DNA from: Stylophora pistillata
Taxonomy: Eukaryota
Reading direction: 5' to 3'
Assembly: GCF_002571385.2 (NCBI RefSeq)
Contig: NW_019217887.1
Coordinates: 415,010 to 479,009, forward strand
DNA length: 64,000 nucleotides
Positions 11,901-23,012 of the stretch are shown piece after piece. A program made the translations under genes and the position numbers. The notes under the pieces were generated by a model. The model saw nothing but the letters and a program-made list of their open reading frames with translations, was not told the origin of the DNA and made no database searches. Numbering within the stretch: position 1 is the first letter of the stretch; every line of letters starts with the position of its first letter.

Positions 11901-14900
11901 AACCACAGGGCCTGAGTTCAAGTGACAGTAATAATTAAAATTCAAGACGGGGGCGAAAGGTTAGGGTAAAATAAAATTAGTTATATATCAGATAGATATA
12001 TGAGGGATTTTTAGGGTGATGGTTAATTTGTTATTCATTCAGGGTTATGTCTTTAGGAGTACAGTTAATGTTATTTTATATATGTGTTTTAGGGTTAAGG
12101 TTAATTTATTTTCATATTTATTTATATATTAATTTAATTCTTTAAGTTGTTTACTCACTGTGCATATAGATCTTGTTGGAGCATTGAGTCAGTCAAATTT
12201 ATATATGAAACAACCAAAACTTGTCAAAGTCTGGGGCTTCTTCTAGGAGATGTTTTTCCGCGAGAAAACAAATTGGGAACTGTTTGCCGAAACTGCTCGA
12301 AATGCAACGAAACACTTACAAAGAAGATTTTGACTGAACGCATCGTACAACCAGCGGAAAATTTAAGTTTAAGTAAAAGTCTCTACCTAAGCAAACAGCG
12401 AAGCAAAACACTCGAGGCAAATTTTACCCAGACAGGTTTCATGTTTCAATACCTTGCATGCGTGATCTGTTTGATTGACGTGTGGTTTGATAAGGCTGCT
12501 TCAGATTGGATAAAATTACAGGAGGAAAATTCCTCCTGTAAATTTGGTGCACTGTAAGGGATAAAAGTCGGTTGTGTGGGTCCTACCACACCAGAACAGA
12601 AAACCAAGTGAACAACTTTAAGAAAGTCTACCTTTGCACATGCACATTTGTAGTGTATGATAAAAGTGTGGTGTAATAGTCACGAAAAATGCGAAATATG
12701 ATTAAAAATAGGAACTTTATTTATAACAAATTCACTCCACTAGAATACACATCAAATGATATAAATTACAATTAAGGCTAATAAAAAAAAAATTTAACAA
12801 TTTATCTGCTGTGACTTTGGTCTTTAATGTTCCTGTTGTCGGATTCTTGTAATTTCTCCTTCCATTTTCTACAATCAGCACAATCACATGGATTAGGCTC
12901 CAAAGAGTTCTTGTAATAATATTTTACAAATGCCAAAAAAAGCTTCCTACATAGGATCCTATATATATATCTAGGATCCTATTCTTGCCCAGGATCCTGA
13001 TCAGGATAGTGATCCTACATAAGATCTTATAGAAGTCCAAGATCCTATTCTTCCCCAGGATCCTGATCAAGATATAGTGATCCTACATAGGATCCTATAT
13101 ATAATCCAGGATCCTAGTCTTGCCCAGGATCCTGATCAGGATAGTGATCCTACATAGGATCCTATAGAAGTCCAAGATCCTATTCTTCCCCAGGATCCTG
13201 ATCAAGATATAGTGATCCTACATAGGATCCTATATATAATCCAGGATCCTAGTCTTGCCCAGGATCCTGATCAGGATAGTGATCCTACATAGGATCCTAT
13301 AGAAGTCCAAGATCCTATTCTTCCCCAGGATCCTGATCAAGATATAGTGATCCTACATAGGATCCTATATATAATCCAGGTTATTATTCTTACCCAGGAT
13401 CCTGATCAGAACAGTGATCCTACATAGGATCCTATATATCTCTAAGATCCTACTTAGGACCCAATTCAGGATTTGTTATCATTCTAGGATCCAGTTAGGA
13501 TTCAGATCCTATACAGGATCCTGGTTAGGATCCTGTTCCTATTCAAGATCCTATAGGATCCTACATGATCCTACAGGGTCCTACAGGATCCTGGACAGGA
13601 TTTTCACCAGGCCAAGGGTGAAGGGAAAAGGAAATTATTTAAGTATTTATTGCTTTACATCCATCGCAAATTAAAGTAATGTTTGTTACCCAGCCTACCA
13701 GGCCAAATGAATGAAAGGTAAATGCACAGCAAAGTGAACATACTTATATTCCTAACAAGCTGTTGACATTGTTTTAGACAAGTCAGAATGAGTGATTTTT
13801 CGAATACATCATTGATACCTTTGCTCAGATTGAAGCTTCTTTGGTATAATTATTCTTTTTAAATAAAATAACCATTTAAGAACATGAAAAGTAATAAACA
13901 GTATTTTTCCCAAAATTACCTGGAGGAATATCTGTGGTTCTTACCTAATTGGCTATGCTGTTTGCTAAACAGTAAGATTAGATGCTCTAAATTTCTATGA
14001 GTAGGTGTTCTATTTGATTTGTGGTTTGCTCACACCAATCATCCTGGAGCTGATAATCTGATTGTTAATTACTGGAATGATATCCGATGTTCTTCACAAG
14101 TTTTTTTCTGGTAATTTTCATATTTTAGGTGCACCCTTTGTTTCACTTAGCCTTGGCAGATCTGATTTTAGCTTCTCTCTGGTTTGCTGGGGCTTGTCGT
14201 TGGTTTCAGAAATATGATTCTTTTGCATGTTTTTACTTAGATGTAGTAGCAGAGGTAAGTTAATGTGTAATTTTTGCAAATACTGTGCTCTAACCTTATA
14301 AATCCTCACATCAATGTGAAAATTCTCCATACTATTCTATATACATTTCCTAAAGATATTGTCAAGATGTGTTTAACAAACAGTAGCTTCTTTAGTTGGT
14401 GATCATTTCCTCTATTCTTCTAACCTTTTAAAACTGTTTGATTCAAGAGTGACATTGTAAGGAGAAATCAGGTGGTGGTGACTGTTAAAGGGTTCATTCA
14501 TGTACAAGTAGCACTAAACAACAATATAAAATAGTGTTAAATCCTTTTCCCCCGAACATCAGCATGCATTTTCTCCATACTGCTCCTCATACATTTTTTA
14601 AGCTGCTGACAAGGAGAATTTGTTTAACAATCAAGAGCTTCTTAGTTAGCTTTTTACTATCAAATTGAGGTTTATTGATGAGAACCATTTTATTATGAAT
14701 ACCATTTATTTTCTTCCATAGATGGCACACCTGGCATCATTCTTTTTGACAGTCAACTATGGTTTAAATGCATACATCAGACTCAGAGGAAAGACTAAAA
14801 GTATAGCTAATTTTCAGTTACCTTCAGTAAGTACTGTTATAGTTATTAAATAATTTTGTGAACCTCAAAAAACTCCTGTCACAGTAGGTGATTTTATTAT

Positions 14901-17900
14901 TGTACTTAGAGTTATTCAATGTGTATGAACTGTTTTTAATCTAAGAAATCAAATTAATATGCGGGGTTTGTATGGGTCATGGAAAACCTGGAAACTTGTG
15001 GAAGTACACAATTTGTTGTGTTCCAGGTCTGGAAATCATTGAATACAAAAGTGGATCATTGGGAGTCGTGACAAAAAGAGTGAACTAAGAAAAAGTGTCT
15101 TCATTGACCACTTTCATAAATGGCTGCCAGATTGATATTCTTTTGTTTAAATTTGAATTAGCCTTTCTGGTCTCATTCTCCAGTTTAAAATTCAAAAGAA
15201 TGCATTATCTCAAGCAAGGCTAGTGAGGCTAATTTGAATTTAAACAAAAGAAAATCAATCCGGCAGCCATTTATGAAAGTGGTGTATTGCGTGATTGTTT
15301 TAGCATCACATTGGACTCAACTCATGCATAGGTTGTGTAAAACATAAAAAAAGTGTGGGAAAAGGTCTTGGAATTTTATGATTTCAGACTGTACAGACCC
15401 TGTGTATCATGCACATCAATTAACAGTCTTTATTAGTACTCTCTTGCATCATAAGCTGTTATGAATAAAAAAAAAAGAACATTGAAAAAAATACTAGTCA
15501 AGAGTACTTGCTACCTGGAATAACCATAAGGGCCAGTGAAGCTTGACAGGCAGTTGACATCAGCATTAAATAAAAATGAATTACATGTTTGCAAGATGGC
15601 ACAAAGAAAGGCATTATAATGTGACTACTCTAATTATATCAAATTTTATTTACAAGGTTTCTTCAACAACATCTTATGTATGGTCTACAAGGATATTATA
15701 TGCATTGTGTTGGTGAGTGATTTGGGTCATATCATAATGATTGTAAATTGAAATAAGTGTATTTTGGTGTATGTAGCATCTTTCTATTTTATCTCTTAGC
15801 TATAATTGGTCAGTTTAACAGACTGTATTTTACTGTACAGCTGGCTCAATTAAAAAAAATTGTTTTAATTGAAAACTTCCCCCTGTATTTGAACTCAGAG
15901 AAATAGTACTGAAATATCTTACTTAACCTCATTTTCTCAGTCCTTATGTTAAGTGACAGAACCACTTTTTTCCCCACTTGGTGTTAATGTCCTGCAGGCT
16001 TCAGGCTTGGGCCATAAATCCTAGTGGAAAAAACTTCTTCCCTAACTTACTGATTGGCTACCCAATCTGATTAGTGGCATTATTCAGTCAGCCTATTTCG
16101 TTATAGGTTAGTGCCTGTTGCAATTATGTTGCCTTTGCTGTTGCATGTGTATGATGAAGAAAACTCCCCACCTGACAACTGCACTCGGTAAGAACTGGCA
16201 TTGTATATGAGGACTGCTACTTACCGTAAAAGCCCGGGTATAAGCCGCACTTTTTTTTTTTCCAAAAATCGTCGTTAGACATTGGGGGTGCGGCTTATCT
16301 GCGGGAACATTCGAAAAAGGTGTCGTGAATGTCGACGCCAATTTCCATTTTCGCATCCGATCTAATGCCTGGTTACTAAACTTCGCATGTTCTGCTCACG
16401 TTCTTGTTGTAATGCAAAAATTTATTTATTTATTTATAAAAAATATTTAAAAAGGGAGCCCAGCTCGCCATAGCGGTTTTCAGTGAGGCCCTCAATGATC
16501 TGACGGCGGAGGAGTAATATGCGACCAGCTTTTTAATAATCACTATCACTGGACTCAACAAAGCAAGTTTGTTTTTCTTGTGTGTTAAAAAAAAATAGAG
16601 ATGAAAAGATGAAAATTTTAAGCAGGCTTTTTTTCCACTGGCTTTGTTTCTTTCTGACGGAAATAATCAGAGGAAAAGTATTGAAGCAGATGGGAGTTAT
16701 TGCTTGATAACTATCCATTGATTTTGCCCCAGGCGACGTTTAGTAAAATCGCACGGAAAAGCTGTGTTGAATGAAGAAATTCCTGTCAACAAATACCAGA
16801 AAAAGACCAATCATAATTATGTCAAAGTTGGTAGAAACGATGTTCATTATATTAAAGTGCTAAGAGTGTGGGTAAGACTGTGAAGTAATTTCCGTTGCAA
16901 TGTTAATATTGAGTTTACGTTAGATGAACAGTCAATGAAGAAGACTTCTCAAGACTCGACTTTGGATTTCTTTTGATTTCTTTCAAAACACTTTTTTTCC
17001 AAAATTTGAGCTGCTATTAATTTAGGGTGCGGCTTATCTGCGGGCTTTTACGGTAGTTAAATTAACGATGATAGAATATAGTTCTAATGATAAGAGATGA
17101 TATTGCTTTGTGAACTGAGCTCAAAATTGAGCATTTTTCTTTTTCTGTCTACTTGTATGACACATCCAACATTGCTGATCATAACACAATGCAGGATATT
17201 TGTCACACATCAGCCAACATGTAGTTTTGGCCGAGTTGACCATGAGAGTTAGCTGTAGTTCAGTGGTAGAGCATCGGAGCGCATGGAGTGCTCTTCGATT
17301 GAGTGTTGTAAAACCAAAACCAAAACCAAAATAATCAGAAGGGCCAATCAGAAGAAAGAAAATTACCTTTAGGAGCCAATGGGAACTAAAAACAAAAACA
17401 AACAAACAAACAAACTGCTTAAAGCATAGGCAACCGGGTAGTGAATGGTTTTAGTGTTGTATGTGATTGGTTGAGAGAGTGGCGTAAGAAGTTTTCTGGA
17501 CTAATCACAGAGCAGAGTGATGCAAAAGCAAAGCAATCCAGGATTACTTTCAACACCCAGTTGTAAATTGCTCTATTCAAAAGACTGAGGTTTTCTTACT
17601 TGTGAGAATTCAGATTTTATGCATTTTCTCACCTTCATGACAAAAAAATTGAGATCCTTCTCAGTAACTTTCTTCAATATCTAAGATCAACTTTGATAAG
17701 CCTTGCTTTATCGCTTTATTGGCCTCGTAAGAGTTGGCCCTTGTCATCACTGGGTCGTCATTCAGTTTGATGTATTACCAACATGAATTCCTCCTATATA
17801 ATGTTTTACTTCTGCCACAACTGGGTATAATTTTTTTTACTTTTGAAGGTTAGATTAAACTGTTGTGAAAACCAGACGAAAATGATCATATAGAGGCTAT

Positions 17901-18754
17901 CTAATTGTAAAAAGAAATGTTTTTCAAGGGTAATGCGGTGAAAAAGAAATGATTTATATGCGATGATCGTCAGATGTTGGTTATTTCTCAGTATAGCGTC
18001 TACTTTACTCTTAATCCCCTGCTGTGTTCGTAACTGTCTCCTATTTTTTTCTACTTAGTTGCCTTTTACTCTTTGATCGACCAAAGCCAAAGGTATAGCG
18101 TTAAGTTATGAGATTAGTATTATTTGAATATTATTACTGAACCGTTGTAAACATGATAGTAAAATCTGGTTCTTGGACATCAACGCCAGGGAAAGAGGAA
18201 TAACTTTTACGTCGCGTAAACTGGGCTGATAGCAGGATTGATGAATACGTTATGATTTTTCAACTCTGTGTGTACCAATAATTAAATTCTCTAAGGGTTT
18301 CGTGGCCATTACGTCCTTCCCCGTGGAACATCAGTATGTTATGGGTACAATGATGATATGATAATTATCGTATGTTGTTTCGATTCTTTTTCCAAGATTA
18401 AAGGAGCTGCTTCTCGTTATGCACATATTTCAGTTCTTATCCGAAATGTTTTAGGCGCGTCAGTTGCGGCTGGTGCATTCCAGCTCCTTTCCATTTTGTC
18501 CCGGCTGACAAAAAATCAAACTTTTATCTCCAACTAACGTCAATGGTCAACGATTAAAGACATTGAAAAGTGTGCGGCCCAGGTCGTTTTAGTTAATAAC
18601 AAAAATAGCTTCCATTTTTCGTCGTTTCTTTTCAGGATGGTGAAACATCATCACATTCAATATGGAAGGTGTATGGTTCTATTGCACTGGTTGCGACACT
18701 TGCTTTCTCCATCGTGGCGCTCATGGTAGGAGAAATTGTGTCCAGCTTATATGC

Positions 18755-18791
<37 letters not shown>

Positions 18792-18937
18792 CCTTTATTT
18801 AGACACGATAATGTTTAAAGCTGAACAGCTTGTGAGGTCGTGTGTAAATCCAAATAAATTCTAAATTAAATAAATTCAAATGATGATGGTTTTTGAGGAG
18901 AGGGGAAAACCGGAGTGCCCGGAGAAAAACCTCTCAG

Positions 18938-18969
<32 letters not shown>

Positions 18970-21327
18970 TTATAACGCCGGGTCCGGGAATCGAACCCGG
19001 GACATATTGGAGGAAGGCGAGCGCTCTCACCACTACACCAACCCTGCTCCCCAGTCAAGTATTATTTTAAATTAAGAGATCCAGGAGAAGTCCCTTTACA
19101 ACATCAAATCTCTCCCGCTCCCCCCAAGTTCTGTCTCGTAGGTGAACCATCTTAGCTTATCTTGGTTTCCTTGGAAATGGCAACTAGTAACAAAAGCCCC
19201 CCACTCCAAAGCCCCCCACTCCCCCCAAGTAATCTCTTGCACGCAAGCTTAAGGTTTCCCTGGCAATTTTCTAGCTATCTGGGGTTGGGAGGGACATCTT
19301 GAGAGTACAGTGACAAGCACACAAAAGATAAGCCCGGCTAGAACTCAGACCAGGACCTTTGGATCGGAGTCGAGCCCGTCAAACATCGGGTCACCGCGCC
19401 TCCTTCAGTTCATGAAATTATTTCGGATGTTAATTCTGGAAGAGGAGCGGGTTTTGGTTGCTTATCGATCCCTGTTTCATTAGTTTTAAACTGAGAAAAT
19501 GCGTTAGAGATCGAAGGAAATTATGAAAATTAAACTTAATGCAACGACCAGTCGAATTGTTAGGATCACAGAGCTATATTTTCTCTCCCCTTTATCTTAA
19601 CGGCTTATTCAAGATGACTGTCCTATCATTGCAGTGACATTTGGCCTCATGCTACTATCCATCTTCACACTGCATTTTACCAGAACACTGCCCAATACTC
19701 TTTAAGAAAATCTACATTCCTGCATCTCAATGTTGTTACATTCGTTTTACAGGTGGTGTATTTTTTAACGGTCAGAACGTACAGAAAAGCTGTCCTTCAT
19801 TCGGGTTAGTATTTTGCGTTAAAACAAAACATTACTATTCTGAAAAGAAGCTTAACATTTCTCGCCTACATATAATGCAACTATTTTAACTGGAATGTAC
19901 AATGTACAAACGACTGAAAGCGCACGGTGAGAAACTCAATTTTTTCCGTTTGCCGAGAACCCAGTGCTTAACTTCTCTAACACTGACAATGAAGGGTTAA
20001 AAAGACATGAATCGTTTGTGCTACTACCCTAGTTTGGGAAACAAGGTAAAGTACAGTATATTTGCGCCGAGGTTTGTGAGCCTTCATCAGTTTCGCGTTG
20101 CCTTCGTTGCTTTCGTTTAGCGGAATAGGCCCGTAAGGTTGTGGATGCGTTGTGTAACAGTCACCTATTGGTTTTAACAGGTATCACAAAAAAAAGAGCA
20201 CCACCTTTGTTCGAAGAGATACTCAACCGCTACCCGCTAGGAAGTTTTTGGAAGGATAATACATCGCCTTTGAAAAGGGGAGGGAAACATCAGTTGATGG
20301 AACCGAGCATGCATCATATTCTTTGACGACTTCGCGTTATGCGTTTTCTTTCTTTTTCTTTTTTTCAGGAGTATTAACAGATCTTCAGCGGGTCAGCATT
20401 GATGCTATTCGCAACAAAGTCTTTCTTTACATACTGGTGTTCTTGCTATGCTGGAGCCCAGGTTAGATATTGCTTGCGTTTTAGTTTCGACAGTCATCAT
20501 CTCGTGCGAAGAAAAGCGCGGCATTTGTCACGACTGACTCATAAGTGAGGCCTGATTTCCGTCGTTTTCTCGACCCAGTCTTCAACCCTCCTTGTTGGGG
20601 GGGGAAAGGAGGTAGTGCGCGGGCTCATTTCCCGACCAGCGGCTGATAATCGAACCTAATTTGAAGTCCGATTCGTCAACTTTCATCTTCATGTGTTTGT
20701 TTGTTATTATTTTCAGCCCTCGTGGTAGCATCCTGTGACATCGCTCCCAGCATAACTATAACTAACCTACATCATTGGTTCCTTGTGTTCCTCTTTCAGG
20801 TAAGTGTTGACACTATTTTGGGCTGCGCTCTCTAGAGATTTGCGTCAACAAAATTAAAGTTGAAAACAGGCAGTTTGATTTAAGTGGTGGAGCAAAAACA
20901 CAGTGTTTTGCAGACTCTGTTACCGTACAACACGTTGGTAAATTACTTGGACCAGACTGAGTTTAAAATCTTTTCAAGGAACTCGGATTTTTCTTCCTGG
21001 GATTTGATCCTCTCGAAGAAGCCAGAATTTTCTTTGTTCGCAATCTTGATATATCTTTTTTACATAACATACAAATTTCCTTGTGGTCTTGACATCTAAT
21101 CATGTGCATTTTGTTATAAACAGGGTTTTACCGCACCCATGCAGGGTTTTTTCAACTGTATAGTCTATGGCTGGGCCAGGAAAAACTTTCGTGAAGCTCC
21201 AGAACAGCGTAAAAATTTACTGCTGGAGAGTGAAGACAACTTCCGGTTTCCTAGGTCTCGACGGACCTCATATGGATCACTTCGTTCGATGACAAGTCAA
21301 AAGGGTGGGGGAGAGGGGGGATCCTGA
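8072..21327 (+). CDS. TMEM116: TMEM116-like multi-pass (cAMP-receptor-like 7TM) membrane protein, 13 small exons
   Basis: Phase-consistent GT-AG exons: 8072-8161, 9072-9115, 10900-10963, 14129-14254, 14722-14826, 15657-15712, 16107-16187, 18059-18092, 18636-18725, 19753-19804, 20369-20461, 20717-20799, 21124-21327. Translation includes SGLSILGASSVII..RSPEVHPLFHLALADLILASLW, VFLLCWSPA and QGFFNCIVYGW. Confidence 0.8.
8465..8595. mobile_element. Small MITE
   Basis: taagatttccacacagtccc ... gggggctgtgtggaaatctta terminal inverted repeats. Confidence 0.6.
10038..10630. mobile_element. Non-autonomous AcademH-like DNA transposon with helicase remnant
   Basis: TIRs of about 85 bp (TAGTCTC..GAGACTA); perfect 9-bp TSD ttgctctac at 10029-10037 and 10631-10639; internal frame LNSHQREAI..RDVFINFPTGFGQT. 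Confidence 0.8.
11349..11897 (+). mobile_element. 5'-truncated LINE (L2/CR1-like) 3' end with (TAT)n tail
   Basis: ORF2 C-terminus HITPALKKLHWLPVKYRIIFKILLLVYK..AFSIAGPKLWNNLP; (tat)n tail; aataac flanks both ends. Confidence 0.85.
12946..13440. repeat. Minisatellite with 135-bp higher-order repeat (68+67 bp)
   Basis: gatcctacat recurs at 13011, 13079, 13146, 13214, 13281, 13349, 13416 with alternating unit types. Confidence 0.9.
14961..15402. mobile_element. Degenerate hAT-like MITE (relative at about 2428-2700) containing a nested MITE at about 15103-15287
   Basis: ggggtttgtatgggtcatggaaaacctggaa ... tgtacagaccctg; nested TIRs accactttcataaatggctgcc / ggcagccatttatgaaagtggt. Confidence 0.55.
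16224..17053. mobile_element. Tc1/mariner-pogo type MITE, TA TSD
   Basis: ta|ccgtaaaagcccgggtataagccgcac ... gtgcggcttatctgcgggcttttacgg|ta; a short retroposon tail is nested at about 16418-16495. Confidence 0.8.
17286..17576. repeat. Dispersed ~300-bp CCAATCA-rich repeat family
   Basis: Related copies at about 22568-22740, 56844-57150 and 58417-58782 (aaaccaaa..gccaatgagaactc..tgattgg..ccaatcacagagc..aattgctcta). Confidence 0.7.
18755..19052 (-). mobile_element. tRNA-derived SINE with (TAT)n tail
   Basis: Minus strand: A box tggtgtagtggt, B box ggttcgattcc, body ggtttttctccgggcactccggttttcccctctcc, tail (tat)n. A related copy lies at about 60670-60962. Confidence 0.85.
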
Positions 21328-23012
21328 TCCCGTTTTACACCCGTCATGCATGTTTTAAGCAGCAATTTACGAATTTAAAAGGAAAGCGTCATTCTCTCTT
21401 CTTTTGTGGGAGGTTTCAGAAAATCCTGAGGTCGTCACTACATCAAAAAAATATTCTCCGGTTACGTTTATTCCAGGAGCAAATCACGTCTCACGCTGGT
21501 TCATAGATTCACGAATCTCGCTCACCTTTCTGTAAAATTCACGCTTCACTTCTTAAAATTAGCCTTAATCAAGCGTCACGGTCCAACCCTTTGCAAATTT
21601 CTCCGGACGACGAAAAATAATTCATTTTCTTTCACCTTGCCTAGTTTCATAAACTCTTAACTTGTAATAAGTTTGTTGATATGTCTCTTTTATTCATGAA
21701 TCCTGTGATGGAAAAAGAGTGTTATTTAAACAAAGTTTAAGAAAAGCATTGCTTAAGACTTAGCAAGCCAAGAATTGTTTTCAAGATATTTGAGGAAGAT
21801 TGTTAAAGTACATAATTTATTAAAAGCCCTTTAGTTTTTTTTGTCGCAGACTAAAGAAGAAAACTATTTGACGACAGGCACTTGTGGGACGAACTAAGTG
21901 TTGAATGAGAAATCGGCAACCCATTCCTCTCAGAATCAATTTGAATCCATACACGCTCAGTTAAACCTTTTGTTTTCAGCTGGTTCCCAAACTAAATATA
22001 TTTTTGGTCCGTATATTTTCTGTACGAAAGCTATAAGCAGTTTAACAATATGAATACTAAAGAGATGTTTGTAAATATTTTAAGTTTTCTACAATTTAGA
22101 TGAGTATACTGTATGTACTAAGTAATAAACAGATGTTTATTTAGGCTATATCTGTCCAGTAACGTACGTTTGCAACATTTTTGCTGATGTCGTGTTTTAC
22201 AGTATATGTAAAAATAAATGTAATTTTAACTTTTTCATGAAGCTGTTATTGTGCTTCTTTGACAAATCGATCGTTCCCCTTGTTCACCAAAATCTAAAAG
22301 GTTGTTTTCCTTAGTGATGAGTGAATGTTTCTTTGTTGGCTGGTTTGTAGGATTCATTGTCATTATGACGCAGGACAAGCGCTGGTAACTTCAGCTTTAG
22401 AAACTCTTTACGGTGGCCAATTTACAATATCAACTCTGATAATAAAAGCAAATTAGCTTGTAGAGTACCCCCCCCCCCCGCACCACTTCTTACACTGCAC
22501 CACGGTTTCCTTAGAAACTCCCCCCGCCCTTATTCATAGGGATGTAGACAACGTCCCACGGTTTTCAGAGTGCATTTCCATCGAGTATCGCAAAAATCGC
22601 TGTGTCCAATAAAAAAAAAAGGAAAATGTTACAAGCCAATGGGAACTCATAGTAAAAACATGGAAACTGCTTGAAGACAGAAAAACATGAGTGACCAAGA
22701 TGCTTTAGTTTTTAGTCCGGTTGGTTGCTGGAGTGGCGGAATGTTCATTGTTCAAGGAAAGAGCTTTGTCTTTAAGAAAATTAGAAGTTCTCTGCGTCTG
22801 AAAATTTACTGACGATTTCCATCGTTAGAATTGCGATTTCTTTACGAGAGTTTGGACACTCACGAATTTCCAAGTAAGCAAAGAAATTGAGTTTCGGGTA
22901 ACCTGTGCTCATGTGCGCCCTACTGTATTATTGGTCAGCAGTAAAACAAAATGGTGGATACCGTGCGGTAATACCTATCGTAGTTATTCGTTCCTTTCAG
23001 GCAAAAACGCAG

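Larger units (their letters stand above)
11075..13611. mobile_element. TIR element with GGATCC-rich subterminal repeats (EnSpm/CMC-like, superfamily uncertain)
   Basis: cctggtgaaaatcctgt at 11075 and acaggattttcaccagg ending 13611; dozens of RGATCY motifs at 11090-11335 and 12950-13595. No clear TSD. Confidence 0.7.

Noticed and set aside
12147-12557. 136-aa ORF with CxxC motif
   Set aside because: Lies inside a TIR element, has no ATG start or supporting exon structure; at most a transposon remnant.
12946-13440. CRISPR-like array
   Set aside because: Intervening sequences repeat rather than being unique spacers; animal intron context; no cas genes.
18980-19052. tRNA genes (also near 25375-25448 and 17250-17285)
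   Set aside because: A/B-box-like motifs only, no full cloverleaf; the first two continue into SINE bodies.
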